Below, in pieces: positions 38,166 through 50,295 of a stretch of 64,000 bases of DNA. A model generated the notes under the pieces. The model saw nothing but the letters and a program-made list of their open reading frames with translations. It was not told the origin of the DNA and did no database searches. The first letter of the stretch is position 1; every line of letters starts with the position of its first letter. The position numbers were made by a program, and so were the translations under genes. Where the stretch lies: contig OX597833.1 in the NCBI GenBank assembly GCA_951406725.2, positions 15,438,001 to 15,502,000 of the forward strand. The letters are read 5' to 3'. This DNA comes from Octopus vulgaris (taxonomy: Eukaryota).

Positions 38166-39074
38166 CAGCAATAAATATTAATGGCATGGAAATTTTATCG
38201 TAAAAAATAAATACGTTCCGTTTCAAAATATCGTCGGCAAAAATCGTCACCTTGTCAAATTCACAATGCTGCTTTTACAGACAGAGTAAATTGTTAAAGT
38301 TTATATTCAACGCTTATTTTCATAATAGAATCGTTGAATTTCTTTTCTGAAGAAAAAAGATATTCATGCGAAAAAAATAGATACAGCTCTACGATTTGGA
38401 TATTGCTAGAAATCATGAAAGAGAAAATATCAAGGAATGTATAATCTATAAAGTATATCCAGCATAAAAATGCGGGAATCGCAAAAAGTGATATTAAAAA
38501 TAAGTTAGCAAGATATCAACGCATATCAAAAGAGCGGAAAACTAGCGAATAAAATAGACATTTTATTCATTTATAAAATGTCTATCTTATTCTCTTATAA
38601 TGATTTTAACGATTTCTGCTTCCTCCCTCACAATAAAATAGTTCTATTTGTTTCTGTATTTTTTTTGTATTTCTATTCTATAAAGTGATATTATTTTGTG
38701 TTGTTTACCGTGTTTGTACTCATTAAAATAGACAATGAGCTTTCTCATATAATATATATGTGTGTGTGTTGTCAATGCAATGCTAAGCATTGACCTGCAT
38801 GTAAATATTTGCATTATTAATCGTGGCATTTATGATAGACAGAATTGTATGATGAAGTTTTATGGAGGAAGTGTTTAACATGATGCTGAATGTATAAACG
38901 AGGTATTTGGTTCGTGATCTCATTATTATGCCTATAGTTCCCATGTGATATGATTACGGACCAACTATTCACGATGAATTAATTACCCACAACGAATCCA
39001 CTGGAAACTTGAATATGAATACAAATACACACAAAGCTATATTAAATAATAATAGGCGTATGTCCGTCTCTCTG

Positions 39075-39108
<34 letters not shown>

Positions 39109-39616
39109 AATGAAAGGAAATGGAGAAGAACAATTTAAAAGAAGCTTGGTTCGTTTTATTTGTATTACAATTGAAAAAGTAATGCAAATTAAAAGATGAA
39201 AAATACACCAATAAGATTATAAAAGGAACCACCGCATCCCCCCAAAAAATAACCCAAAATATCTGTTTAAAAAATGTTATTCTACATACATATATTTTTC
39301 GATATAACAATATTTAAGAAACATCAATTATTATAACTTTTAAAGATGCAATAATCTGTATATTGTAAAGATCTCTTCAGAAAATAAAATAAATAAGTGT
39401 ATTTTAGTTTTGAATTTCGAAATGAGTTGTTTGAGGACAATGTTTAGATATTTTCAAATGTTTGAAAGCTTATTTTAAAAGACACATAGTTCATGTGCTT
39501 AGAAATTTATCGTTTAAAATGTAGCTAATATTGAAAGGTTAAAATGCTACTAAAACATCAAATATATTTGTAAAGAAATTCACGCTTACCTATCACATAT
39601 ACGGTATGATTTAAGA

Positions 39617-39997
39617 GGCGGCGCAATGGCCCAGTGGTTAGGGCAGCGGACTCGCGGTCGTAGGATCACGGTTTCGATTCCCAGACCGGGCGTTGTGAGT
39701 GTTTATTGAGCGAAAACACCTAAAGCTCCACGAGGCTCCGGCAGGGGATGGTGGTGATCCCTGCTATACTCTTTCACCACAACTTTCTCTCACTCTTACT
39801 TTCTGTTTCTGTTGTACCTGTATTTCAAAGGGCCGGCCTTGTCACTCTCTGTGTCACGCTGAATATCCCCGAGAACTACGTTAAGAGTACACGTGTTTGT
39901 GGAGTGCTCAGCCACTTACACGTTAATTTCACGAGCAGGCTGTTCCGTTGATTCGGATCATCGTCGTAACCGACGGAGTGCTTCCAAAAAAAAAACG
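39617..39997 (+). mobile_element. SINE family C, full length
   Basis: tRNA-like head and A tail, with a short flanking repeat TTTAAGA. Confidence 0.85.
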
Positions 39998-40799
39998 CTT
40001 TAAGAAGAGTGGCGCGCATCCGCGCATCCGAGTACTCGCGCATCCGCGCTAGCTAGTCGTGACTAGTCGATCCGACATCGACAACCTAGTGCGAGTGCGC
40101 GTATGCAAATTAATACATGGTTTTTGTTTTTAAACAAAATAATTTGTTACACAAGGTAAATAATTTTTAATACAAAGTAAATAACATTGTTTTTAAAACA
40201 AAGTAAATAAATTATTTTTTCTAAACAAACTAAATAATTTTTTTTCTAAACAAAGGGATTACTGATAAAGATGTGACACCAAAGTACACCCATTTCAAGG
40301 TGAATCATAGCTTAATCATTGACGAAAGGAAAAGATCGTTGCTGGGCTTTATAGGCTGCCGGGTTCGATCTTTTAATCTTTTTATTCGTTTTTTTGCTTT
40401 GTTTTCTTATGTGTCTTAAAAACAAACAAAAAAAGTTCTAGTCAAAGCTTAAATTAATCGTGTATAAAGTATATTTTAGTAAATTTTTAAATGATGCCAT
40501 ACGAACTCATTTAACATTTTTGTTTGTCCTGTGTTGTCCCATTCTGTATAAGATCGTCCTGATCATAATAAAGAATCTATTTCAAGGTGAATCATTCCGA
40601 AAAATTTGTCAATCCTATAAGAAATATTCATACAGATTCGGCTGAAAGTTATTAGAAGAACGTAAAACGATGTTTTAAGAGTATGATGGGGGTAGCAAAA
40701 ACAGGTAGTGTGTTATTTTTATTTTAGTCATTGTAAAGAAGAAAATACTCAAGTTCAACCAAATAGTAAGAGTAAAGGTACCAGCATACATATATGTTT

Positions 40800-41024
40800 T
40801 TCTTTACTACCCACAAGGGTCTAAACACAGAGGAGGCAAACAAGGACAGACAAAGGTATTAAGTCGATTACATCGACTCCAGTGCGTAACTGGTACTTAA
40901 TTTATCGACCCCGAAAGGATGAAAGGCAAAGTCGACCTCGGCGGAATTTGAACTCGGAGCGCAACGACAGACGAAATACGGCTACGAATTTGGCCCGGCG
41001 TGCTAACATTTCTGCCAGCTCGCC
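40800..41024 (-). mobile_element. SINE family D
   Basis: Reverse complement of GGCGAGCTGGCAGAA...GAGTTCAAATTCC...GCCTTTCATCCTTTCGGGGTCGATAAATTAAGTACCAG. The central domain resembles MESC/Meta-type SINE cores. Confidence 0.85.
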
Positions 41025-41502
41025 TTTTATTCTGCCAGCTCACCATCATATAATAATAATAGTCATCATATATGCAGAGGATATGAAGGCGATACGGACC
41101 GAAGAGAAAAATTATAAGAGACTGCAAGAAATGGGTGGCGATAATATTGACCCAGCAGGAGTAAGAGTGGAATTCAAGGAATTGCCACGAGTAGTGGATT
41201 TAGTTGAAATCGAACCACTAATGAAATATTACTAAAAGGTAAATAAGTATGTAAAATCCGCAGGAAGAGAAAAATGAGAAAAAAAGGAAAAAGAAAGAGT
41301 AAGTATTTTATGTTATGTTTAATAATATCGGGAAATAGAAGAACATTTTTAGAGGACATATAACGGTTCAAATAATTGTAATGGTAGACGATAATTAATT
41401 GTTATGTAAATATATGATAAAAACGGACAGTTTAAAAAGATTAATGGTAATGCATGTGATGAGGGGCGCATGCAGCCATTCATAACCTCATTGTTATATA
41501 TA

Positions 41503-41643
41503 TTTCTTTACTACCCACAAGGGGCTAAACATAGAGGAGACAAACAAGGACAGACAAAGGGATTAAGTCGATTACATCGACCCCAGTGCGAAACTGGTAC
41601 TTTATTTATTGACCCCGAGAGGATGAAAGGCAAAGTCGACCTC
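41503..41643 (-). mobile_element. SINE family D 3' part
   Basis: Homologous to 40800-40940. Confidence 0.75.
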
Positions 41644-41849
41644 AACCTCATTGTTATATAATCATCTCATTCATATTCGTTCTATGTATTGTCCCCTCTG
41701 TGGTTTCCTTTCTCTGCTTGTTTGTCCCCCTCTATGTTTGGGCCCTTGTGGCTAATAAAGAAACAGAGCGTTAAATAATTGTTCGTTATCGCTGTTTTTG
41801 ATATTGTTAATTATTGCTGTTGTTGTGATTTTTTTCCCATTCGGGGAAA

Positions 41850-42060
41850 AAATGGAGAAAACGCCAGCAGTCGGCCACAGTTATGCGGCCGTAACTGGAA
41901 AAGGGGCTGAAGATAAAACGTTGGAGACATTCGAAATCAAGGTCGAACCTAGAAAAATGAAAGCATGCGAAAAGTCGCTGGAGAAGGAGGGTGAGACGTT
42001 AAAGTTGAGGCCACATGCAGAGCTTACAGACAGCATAACGAAGCGAACAGTCACGTAGAA
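41850..42060 (+). mobile_element. Possible LINE ORF1 N-terminal relic
   Basis: MEKTPAVGHSYAAVTGK. SYAAV motifs are common in L1/Tx1 ORF1. No further support. Confidence 0.25.
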
Positions 42061-42112
42061 GACTATGAGAATTGCAACAAGAAAGATATATATATATATG
42101 TGTGTGTGTGTG

Positions 42113-42266
42113 TGAAGAATCCACTAGAGTGGATGCAAGCGCTTATGTGATTTATAAAAGCATGCGACATATTAATAAAAATTTGTAAATATAAAACCAT
42201 CCAGATTTCTGAGTACCTTATTTCTTCTAATACATATTACCTGTACATCATCTCCAAGCCTTCTAA
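42113..42266 (+). mobile_element. PLE-type 3' end fragment beginning with a damaged hammerhead
   Basis: TGAAGA ATCCAC-TAGA-GTGGAT GCAA GCGC TT (GAAA mutated to GCAA, palindromic AGCGCT stem III). Ends at (TA)n. Confidence 0.5.
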
Positions 42267-42320
42267 TATATATATATATATATATATATTAGAAGGTTTG
42301 GAGATGATGTACAGGTAATA
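42235..42320. repeat. 32-bp inverted repeat centred on a (TA)n tract
   Basis: TATTACCTGTACATCATCTCCAAGCCTTCTAA (TA)n TTAGAAGGTTTGGAGATGATGTACAGGTAATA. Confidence 0.88.
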
Positions 42321-42337
42321 CATATATATATATATAT

Positions 42338-42817
42338 AACCATCATTAAATATAAATGACGGTGTTATAAACACCTACATTAATACAGTCAGATCACTTA
42401 ATTATATTCATACATGCTGACAGAGACCGTAATTGCCCGAAAAGGAACGGTCGAGATATTCCCAGACTGATCTGTCCGTTTCGGCTTCCGCCGTAGCCTC
42501 TTCAGTGGGATCGGCCCGACTCAGCTGATTCCGGACGATGATCACTCTCAGCATATAATCCTACACCATGGATGATTTTAGCGTATCGATAATGTGTATG
42601 CAATTAATTTATTTAGGCAGCAGTAAGCAAATTTGTACCAACAAGTAGAACTATAACCATTATTAAATATAACTGAAGGTGCTATAAACGACTAACTACA
42701 TTGATAGAAATAGGAGCTAGACGCTCTAATGCTGCAATCAAAGCAGGTAATTGTATACATACATGTTGACAGGGTCCGTAAGCGCTCGAAAAGCAGTGGT
42801 CGAGATGTTCCCAGACT
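42338..42817 (-). mobile_element. Candidate non-LTR retrozyme: ~1.4 tandem units of a ~349-nt non-coding repeat with a hammerhead
   Basis: 42338-42468 is a diverged direct repeat of 42655-42817. Both carry the AGTC|TGGGAA site on the minus strand (42464/5 and 42813/4). Confidence 0.65.
42448..42518 (-). ncRNA. Type I hammerhead ribozyme, canonical core, GUC site
   Basis: TCCCA CTGAAGA GGCT-ACGGCGGA-AGCC GAAA CGGA-CAGA-TCAG TC | TGGGA. Stem I continues past a bulge (CGA/TCG). One mismatch in stem III. Confidence 0.82.
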
Positions 42818-43341
42818 TTGCGTATATAAAAACATGTTCCCGCGGAACAGCTTATGAAAGCGCTCCATAGATACACAAATACATTGAATTCAGATCGTAA
42901 ATAAAGTTATAATTTCCGCACTAAGACAGTTCGGGGAATCTTCATATATAAACATAAGCGTAAAGTTAATGCTTTCACTTAAGTTGCATCTAGAAATGGG
43001 GAAATGTTAAATTTAAAGACACCATTCCTCTTATAATATCCCGTTTATTTTTTCCTTGTTAACATCTAACTTAACAAAAGACTACTGTCCAAAGTGTTGA
43101 TTTCCATTTCTTTGCATTACAGAGCATAGAATTTATCTGTTATCATTTATTTAATTTTAGTAATTTTATTTCCTGTCTCCCTTCTGGATATTATTTATTC
43201 ACATTCGGTTCAATGTTAGGAAATGTTGGAATTAAGTGCTTTGAATTTTGTTTTTGCTTCTTTTGTTTATTTTCTTTAGTTTTTGCGCTTTCCCATTTTT
43301 GCCCGAGTTGCAGAAGACATGATTTGGAAATTTCTTGATCA

Positions 43342-43359
43342 ATATATATATATATATAT

Positions 43360-43411
<52 letters not shown>

Positions 43412-43518
43412 GCATATATATATATATATGTATCATATATATATATATATGTATGCATATATATATATATATGTATGCATATATATATATATGTATGCAT
43501 ATATATATATATGTATGC

Positions 43519-43579
<61 letters not shown>

Positions 43580-43587
43580 ATATATGC

Positions 43588-43667
<80 letters not shown>

Positions 43668-43790
43668 TATATATATATATATATATATGCATATATATAT
43701 ATGTATGCATATATATATATATGTATGATATATATATATATATATGTATGCATATATATATATATGTATGCATATATATATATATGTATG

Positions 43791-43837
<47 letters not shown>

Positions 43838-43878
43838 CATATATATATATATGTATGCATATATATATATATGTATGC

Positions 43879-43943
<65 letters not shown>

Positions 43944-43944
43944 C

Positions 43945-44007
<63 letters not shown>

Positions 44008-44083
44008 TATATATATATATATATATAGTATATATATATATATATATATGTATGCATATATATATATATATATATATGTATGC

Positions 44084-44116
<33 letters not shown>

Positions 44117-44123
44117 TGTATGC

Positions 44124-44190
<67 letters not shown>

Positions 44191-44439
44191 TATAGATATA
44201 TACAGATGTATATATATATATATTTATATGTAGATAGATAGATATGTATGTATAGATATATACAGATATATATATATATATGTATGCATATATATATATA
44301 TATATATATATAGATAGATAGATATAGATATATACAGATGTATATATATATATATTTATATGTAGATAGATAGATATGTATGTATAGATATATACAGATG
44401 TATATATTTATATGTATGTATAGATATATAGATATATAC

Positions 44440-44480
<41 letters not shown>

Positions 44481-44580
44481 TGTATGTTTGTATCTGTGAG
44501 TCTGCATATATATTTATATATACATATATATGTACACACCCACATATATATACATATACATATATATGTGTGTGTGTGTG
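43342..44580. repeat. Compound (TA)n/TATGCA/(TAGA)n microsatellite, ~1.2 kb
   Basis: Read directly from the sequence. Confidence 0.95.
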
Positions 44581-45262
44581 TACTTAAGTGCAATCACATA
44601 TGTACATGTGTACACGTATTTTCACGTAAGTACACACACTTTCACTTACCTACACACACATCCCTATATTGATTTGTTTTTTTCTATGTAACATTGTGGA
44701 ATAAATCGCTGCTTTATATTTCATACGTACGCATATGAATTTATCGATCTTCTTCGCTAAAACGTTTCAAGAATATACAAATTTATGTTCTTCGGGGAAC
44801 AAATGTCTACATTTAAATTCTACAGTAAGAATTTAAAAGTATTTCATAAGCAAACTTAAATTCAGAATTACTTCAGCAGTTGGAGTGAAGTATACACATA
44901 CGTTAACCTCTTTTTAAGATAACAGTAAATTCGTGGCAGATCCGTGTACTTAACAAGGTTTTTCTTGCGTGATAACCGTACATATCACAAACCACAACAG
45001 GTATAAAACTAAGTGTAGTATTTTTCTATGGAAGAAAACTAGCTCTGCTTCATTATTAATCTCATGCTGTTAATTTAATATGCATGTGTTTGTTTTCTTT
45101 GCTATATGGTACGGCTTGAATTATATGTATTTTTATGAGTGTACAAATGCTCACTGAAAATCTATGCTGAAATTATACCGTAATATATTTTCACGCACAC
45201 ACAAGCACATAAAAAATATATTCAATCAATGACACATATTTGCTTATATATGTATTCCACCG

Positions 45263-45575
45263 TGGAGGCACAATGGCCGAGTGGTTAAATCCGCAGTCTC
45301 ATAGTCGTGGGATCGTGGTTTCGATTCCCGGGCCGAGCGTTGTGTGTGTTTATTGAGCAAAAACACTTAAAGTTCCATAAGGCTCTGGCAGGGATTGGTG
45401 GCGATCCCTGCTGTACTCTTTCACCTGTTTCTGTTGTACCTGTATTTCAAAGGGCCAGCTTTCTTTCACTCTGTAACGCTGAATCTCCCCGAGAACGCCG
45501 TGGAGTACTCAGCCACTTACATGTTAATTTCACGAGCAGGCTATTCCCTTCATCTGGAACCTACGTCGGCGATGT
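45263..45575 (+). mobile_element. SINE family C, degenerate
   Basis: GGAGGCACAATGGCCGAGTGGTT head with family C body and tail. Confidence 0.75.
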
Positions 45576-46325
45576 ATTTAGACATTCAAGCGTTGCTCCG
45601 AGGTTTTAAAAAATCAATTTGCAATCACGTGTTTTACGGAACAACCGACTGCGTGTACCTCAGACTTGCATCTCCTACTATAACGCCACATCGAGCCACA
45701 AACCGTATGTGAATTTAGTACGTGTAACTGTGTGGAAGCCGCTCACACACACAGACACACACACATACACATGTATGTATGTGCGTATGCTAGTCTCTGC
45801 TTCCACCCAGTCACTAATTGACAACAAGTGTTGCTGTATTTCGGCCCGTGTAAATTGAGAAGTTTCCAAAGTAAGAAAGAGACAAAGAAATAATAGAGTC
45901 AATTGGTCAGTTAAAATAATGAATGTCAAAGAATTAAATTACGAAACGAAACAGCAGCAGAGGTATTTTTGCATGGAAAAAAATCATTTGAATGGAACTG
46001 GAAATAATAAAATTTCAAATTAAACAAGCTGTCAAAGAGTGGGAACAGAAATAGAGGTGAGAAAAACCGGAAAAGAAAAAAATGGCGAATTTACGATGTC
46101 TGTTTCTGTGCAGACATAGTGTACGAAGGAGATTTGGGATTGGAATACGCTGAAGGAATACGTATAAACTATTTGGGTTACGGTCAGAGAAAGTGAGAAG
46201 TGAAGATGGAACTGACCCAACGTGTAAGAAAAAGAAGTGTAGAAGAGAGGCATGTCAGAGCTTTTATTTAGCTGGAGTTTTCACTTAGTTAAAGGTGAAG
46301 AAATTTGAAAAAAAAACATATCCAG

Positions 46326-47225
46326 AATGACTACTTTTAGTACACACGACAAAGCCGACAACATTGATTTGATATTTGATAACGTTGTTAACAACAAAAA
46401 ATAGCTTCATATGTCCAAAGACGAAAAGGTAAACCTACGTAGGCTCTCTCAGTATGTTGCACGGAGTGGTCTAATCTATCGTCACAGAGCAGCGAGAGAG
46501 AGAGGGAGAGAGGGAGTAAGAAATTCTGAAAATGAATGCTGACAAGTCTTGGCAATTCGCAATCCAGATTAATAGATAAGTATTATTTCAAGTATTCACA
46601 TGAGCTGTGGAGATGGTGATACAGCCCGCTGCTTGAGAAGTCGTATTGATGTCGACAGAACAAGGGCTAAAATGTTAGAGAGGTTTTATTGGAAAAATGT
46701 GGGCAAAAACACGAAAGAGTTCGTTTTGTCTTGTAATCGATTTTAAAATATGAACCCTGTCCTCAAAATTAATATTGGATAGCTTCATCTTGTTCCTGTG
46801 GCAAATGAAGTGATGGTCCAAAGAGGTGTCGGTATCAACAATTTGCCGAAAACAAATGGTGGCTAGTGTTACATTGTTGATGCAATGGATTACATTTCCA
46901 AATGTCTGAGGCTCAACCTTTGAGAGATCACACAGCAGAAAGTGTGGCTAAGTTTGTCCTCGATGATGTTATTTGTTGGCATGGCTGTCAAAATTAAGAT
47001 AAATGACCGAGGTAGAGAATTCGTAAACAGAGTGTCTGTGTAACTACATAAACCAACAGGAACAGAGCAGCATATAAATGCTTATCACCCTCAAGAGAAT
47101 ATCCTGTAGCAACTGAATCGCAATATAAAAGATGCTTTTAGCAATATTTTGAGGACTGTGGCAACTGTATTGAATGTTTACCAGGTGTTGTGTGTGCGTA
47201 TCGAACAGCCAAAGACGCTTCAACA
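46326..47225 (+). pseudogene. Gypsy-like/Ginger integrase relic
   Basis: ERFYWKNVGKNTKEFVLSC (Zn-binding region), IVDAMDYISK, AQPLRDHTAESVAKF, INDRGREFVN, AYHPQEN and AYRTA. Many stops and frameshifts. Confidence 0.75.
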
Positions 47226-47234
47226 CATTTCATT

Positions 47235-47340
47235 TGGTAGGCCTGAGGCTATAGTAGAAGACACTCGCCCAAGATGTTACACAGTGGGATTGAACCCGAG
47301 ACCATGTGATTGGTAAGCAAGCTGCTTACTACAGAGCCAC
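47235..47340 (-). mobile_element. SINE family A head fragment
   Basis: GAGGCTATAGTAGAAGACACT...GGTAAGCAAGCT. Confidence 0.65.
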
Positions 47341-47929
47341 TGTAGTAAACTTATCAAAACAAATTTTTGGATGCAAGCATTGAAAAATTCGGTTGATATT
47401 TACAAATATACCCGCACGGAAAAACCGACCGGCTTTTCTTTTTTCTTCAGGGGATGCCTGTGTGTTCGTAGACGGAGATTCCGAATATGCCAAAAACCAT
47501 GTTTTCAAATTTTTTAATTCCTCGGCTCCACCACTAATTTTTAAATTTCAAATTTTCGAAAGTTCTCTTTTTTCAATCTACGTGGAAAAATATGAAGATA
47601 AAGCATAGAGTAAAAAAAAAGTTAATTGGAAATTTTCTATGAAAAATCTCCAAAATTGATTCGCACACCCTTCATCACCTCATTCCACTGCCTAAAAGGG
47701 AAAATGAACGGTTGTAAATTCTGTTATAGGGAAACAGAATAAGGATCACGGTTTGAATATTTGTTTGCGAATGAACAGAGAAAATATACAGAAATATGTT
47801 TTACATACCTGTAGTAAACGTCGGTTTTGCTTTTCGCTTTAAAGATAAACTGTCATGATAGAAGCAAACACGATATTCAATAATATGTTTGTGCTCATCT
47901 TTGAGAAAGAATAAAAACTTCATGGGACT

Positions 47930-48343
47930 AAAGCGGCGAGCTGGCAGAAACGTTAGCACGCCGGGCGAAATGCTTAGCGGTATTTTGTCTGCCGTTACGT
48001 TCTGAGTTCAAATTCCACCGAGGTCGACTTTGCCTTTCATCCTTTCGGGGTCGATTAAATAAGTACCAGTTACACACTGGGGTCGATATAATTGACCTAA
48101 TCTGTTTCTCTGTCATTGTTTGTCTCCTCTGTATTTAGCCCCTTGTGGGTAATAAAGAAATATGTATTTCGTCTGCCGCTACGTTCTGAGTTCAAATTCC
48201 GCCGAAGTCGACTTTGCCTTTCATCCTTTCGGGGTCGATTAAATAAGTACCAGTTACGCACTGGGATCGATATAATCGTCTTAATCCGTTTGTCTGGCCT
48301 TCTTTGCCCTCTGTGTTTAGCCCCTTGTGGGCAGTAAAGAAAT
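47930..48343 (+). mobile_element. SINE family D (two internal units) inserted in the Merlin left TIR
   Basis: Direct repeat AAGAATAAAAACTTCATGGGACT at 47907-47929 and 48344-48366. Confidence 0.88.
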
Positions 48344-48699
48344 AAGAATAAAAACTTCATGGGACTTCGTCCATCTGTACCCGCGTGCAGGTGTGTGTGT
48401 GTGTGGTGGAGGTGTTATAGTGTGCAAGAAAAGCATTTACGAAAATATATTGATAAAAATTCTTTATATGCCATGTTTGCAATTCTCCACATAATGATAG
48501 GAAAATGGGTATTAAATTCTGGTTCAGTGAATTTACGGAATTTACCGAACGCCGTTACCTTTGAGGGCAAAACGGAAGATTTCCCTGGAAATACCACACT
48601 ACAAGGGAAAGAATCACGATTCACACTATTATTTATTCATATTTTATTTACACCCTTGACTTGATACAACAGCATGGTTCTCTTCAGCTCTTGTAATGT

Positions 48700-49620
48700 C
48701 AGTCTATATGAAGGCATACTCCGTTTCCACGGAAATGACGATGCCTCTATTGCATTTTTAGGCGAACACGGCTTCTTGCTGCGTACTCGAGATTTTCTAA
48801 CTGCAATACCTCGTGTATTTTGAGCGAAGAGACACACATATGGTGCTGCCGTAAGACGATGCGACGACGTGGACGATCTAGAAGGGAATGTGGATACTCC
48901 ATATTTACGTTTAAGGACCCCTTACTGGAAAGCGTCCATCTTACGCCTTGGGAAGTTTTGTCTTTTCTGAACCACTTCCTCAGTGCAGTCTAGTTGCACA
49001 AATCAACAGAGGAAAACCATGGATTATGCCGTAAATCCTCCGTAGATTGGCGGCCTTTTTTGTTCGGAGGTCTGCCAGTTTTGGGTAGTAAACCACAAAA
49101 ATTGTGACAGGAAGACTGAGAGTTGAAGTTGAAATTGACGAAACGGTTCTGGTCCGTCGGAAACACCAACGTGGCAGGATTGTGAAAACGGTTTGGCGTT
49201 TTGGCGGACTGGAACGGTTAACTAAAAAGACATTCATGGTTCCAATGTTAAACGAATGTGGTGAGTCCGACAGACAAGATGCTGGGACTTGAACTGCTCT
49301 CATTAGCCGTTACATCAGGCAGGGGTCAGTAATCTATATCGACTGTTGGCGTGCATATATTAACCTCAACATCCTGGGCTATACGCACTATCAAGTGAAC
49401 CATAGTCAGCACTTTGTTGACCCTGTTAACCCATCTGTTCACATTCAAAATATTGAGCGTTTATGGGGAACACTCAAAAAGGGCATTATTCGACCTGGAT
49501 TGAGGCCTGAGTACCTGAAGCAGTACGCCTTTCGGTTCCTTTTCTAACGGGCTGTCTCGCCACCAACCCAGCGACTTCATAAGTTTCTTTAGGAGACTGG
49601 AACATTATATTCAGTTTCCT
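48700..49620 (+). pseudogene. Merlin DDE transposase relic
   Basis: VEVEIDETVLVRRKHQRGR...WRFGGLER...IRQGSVIYIDCWRAY...GYTHYQVNHSQHFVDP...HIQNIERLWGTLK (D, D, E of IS1595/Merlin). Confidence 0.88.
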
Positions 49621-49879
49621 TGTGACACGGAAGACTATACACAAAAATTATTTATTTAGTCTCTTTTGAAACACAGACAACACATTTATTTGTAATTAAT
49701 AGAAACAACACGTCATCAAACATTTTTATAATACACGCCTAAAAAGCATATTCATTAACTCATATGTTATTTATTTTCTCTATTTTTCAATATTTAATGA
49801 GAAGAGAAAGTATGTTATTCCCCAAAGCGTTAAAACTTTCATTTTAATACCCAGGCCTATCATTTATGTAAAGAATTGC

Positions 49880-50295
49880 GGATCTTTTCGGTATGACCGG
49901 CAGTTTTTTTAAAATAATTACCACGTAACTAAACACTTTTAAACTTCGTATACTGGTAGTGTGTTACATAAAACATCGTTTTCTCTTGGCTTTATTGAGA
50001 AAATTCTATAGTTTTCAAGATATTTGTTGTTTTTTTCTTCATTTTCTGCAATTTCAACCAATCAATGACGTCTATTGAGGTGAAAACATTCTGTGCCGTA
50101 TGAATATGTCCCTCGTTTAAGAAACAGATTGGTTTTTTTTTACATTTCTGATTAAAAAAAGATACTCTTCCCCCTAACTAACCCTAACCCTAAAACGGAG
50201 TGAAATGCAATAGATCGATACTAGGGTCATAATTATGGGTGACAATTTCATATGACACCGCTAGAAAAAAACTGCCGTTCAAACCGAAAAGATCC
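49880..50295. mobile_element. Merlin-like MITE copy 2, nested in the Merlin element
   Basis: Same TIR as 34251. Perfect TSD AGAATTGC. Confidence 0.9.

Noticed and set aside
39617-39690. tRNA-like sequences at SINE heads
   Set aside because: They continue into shared SINE bodies and tails and lack a clean cloverleaf, so they are not called as tRNA genes.
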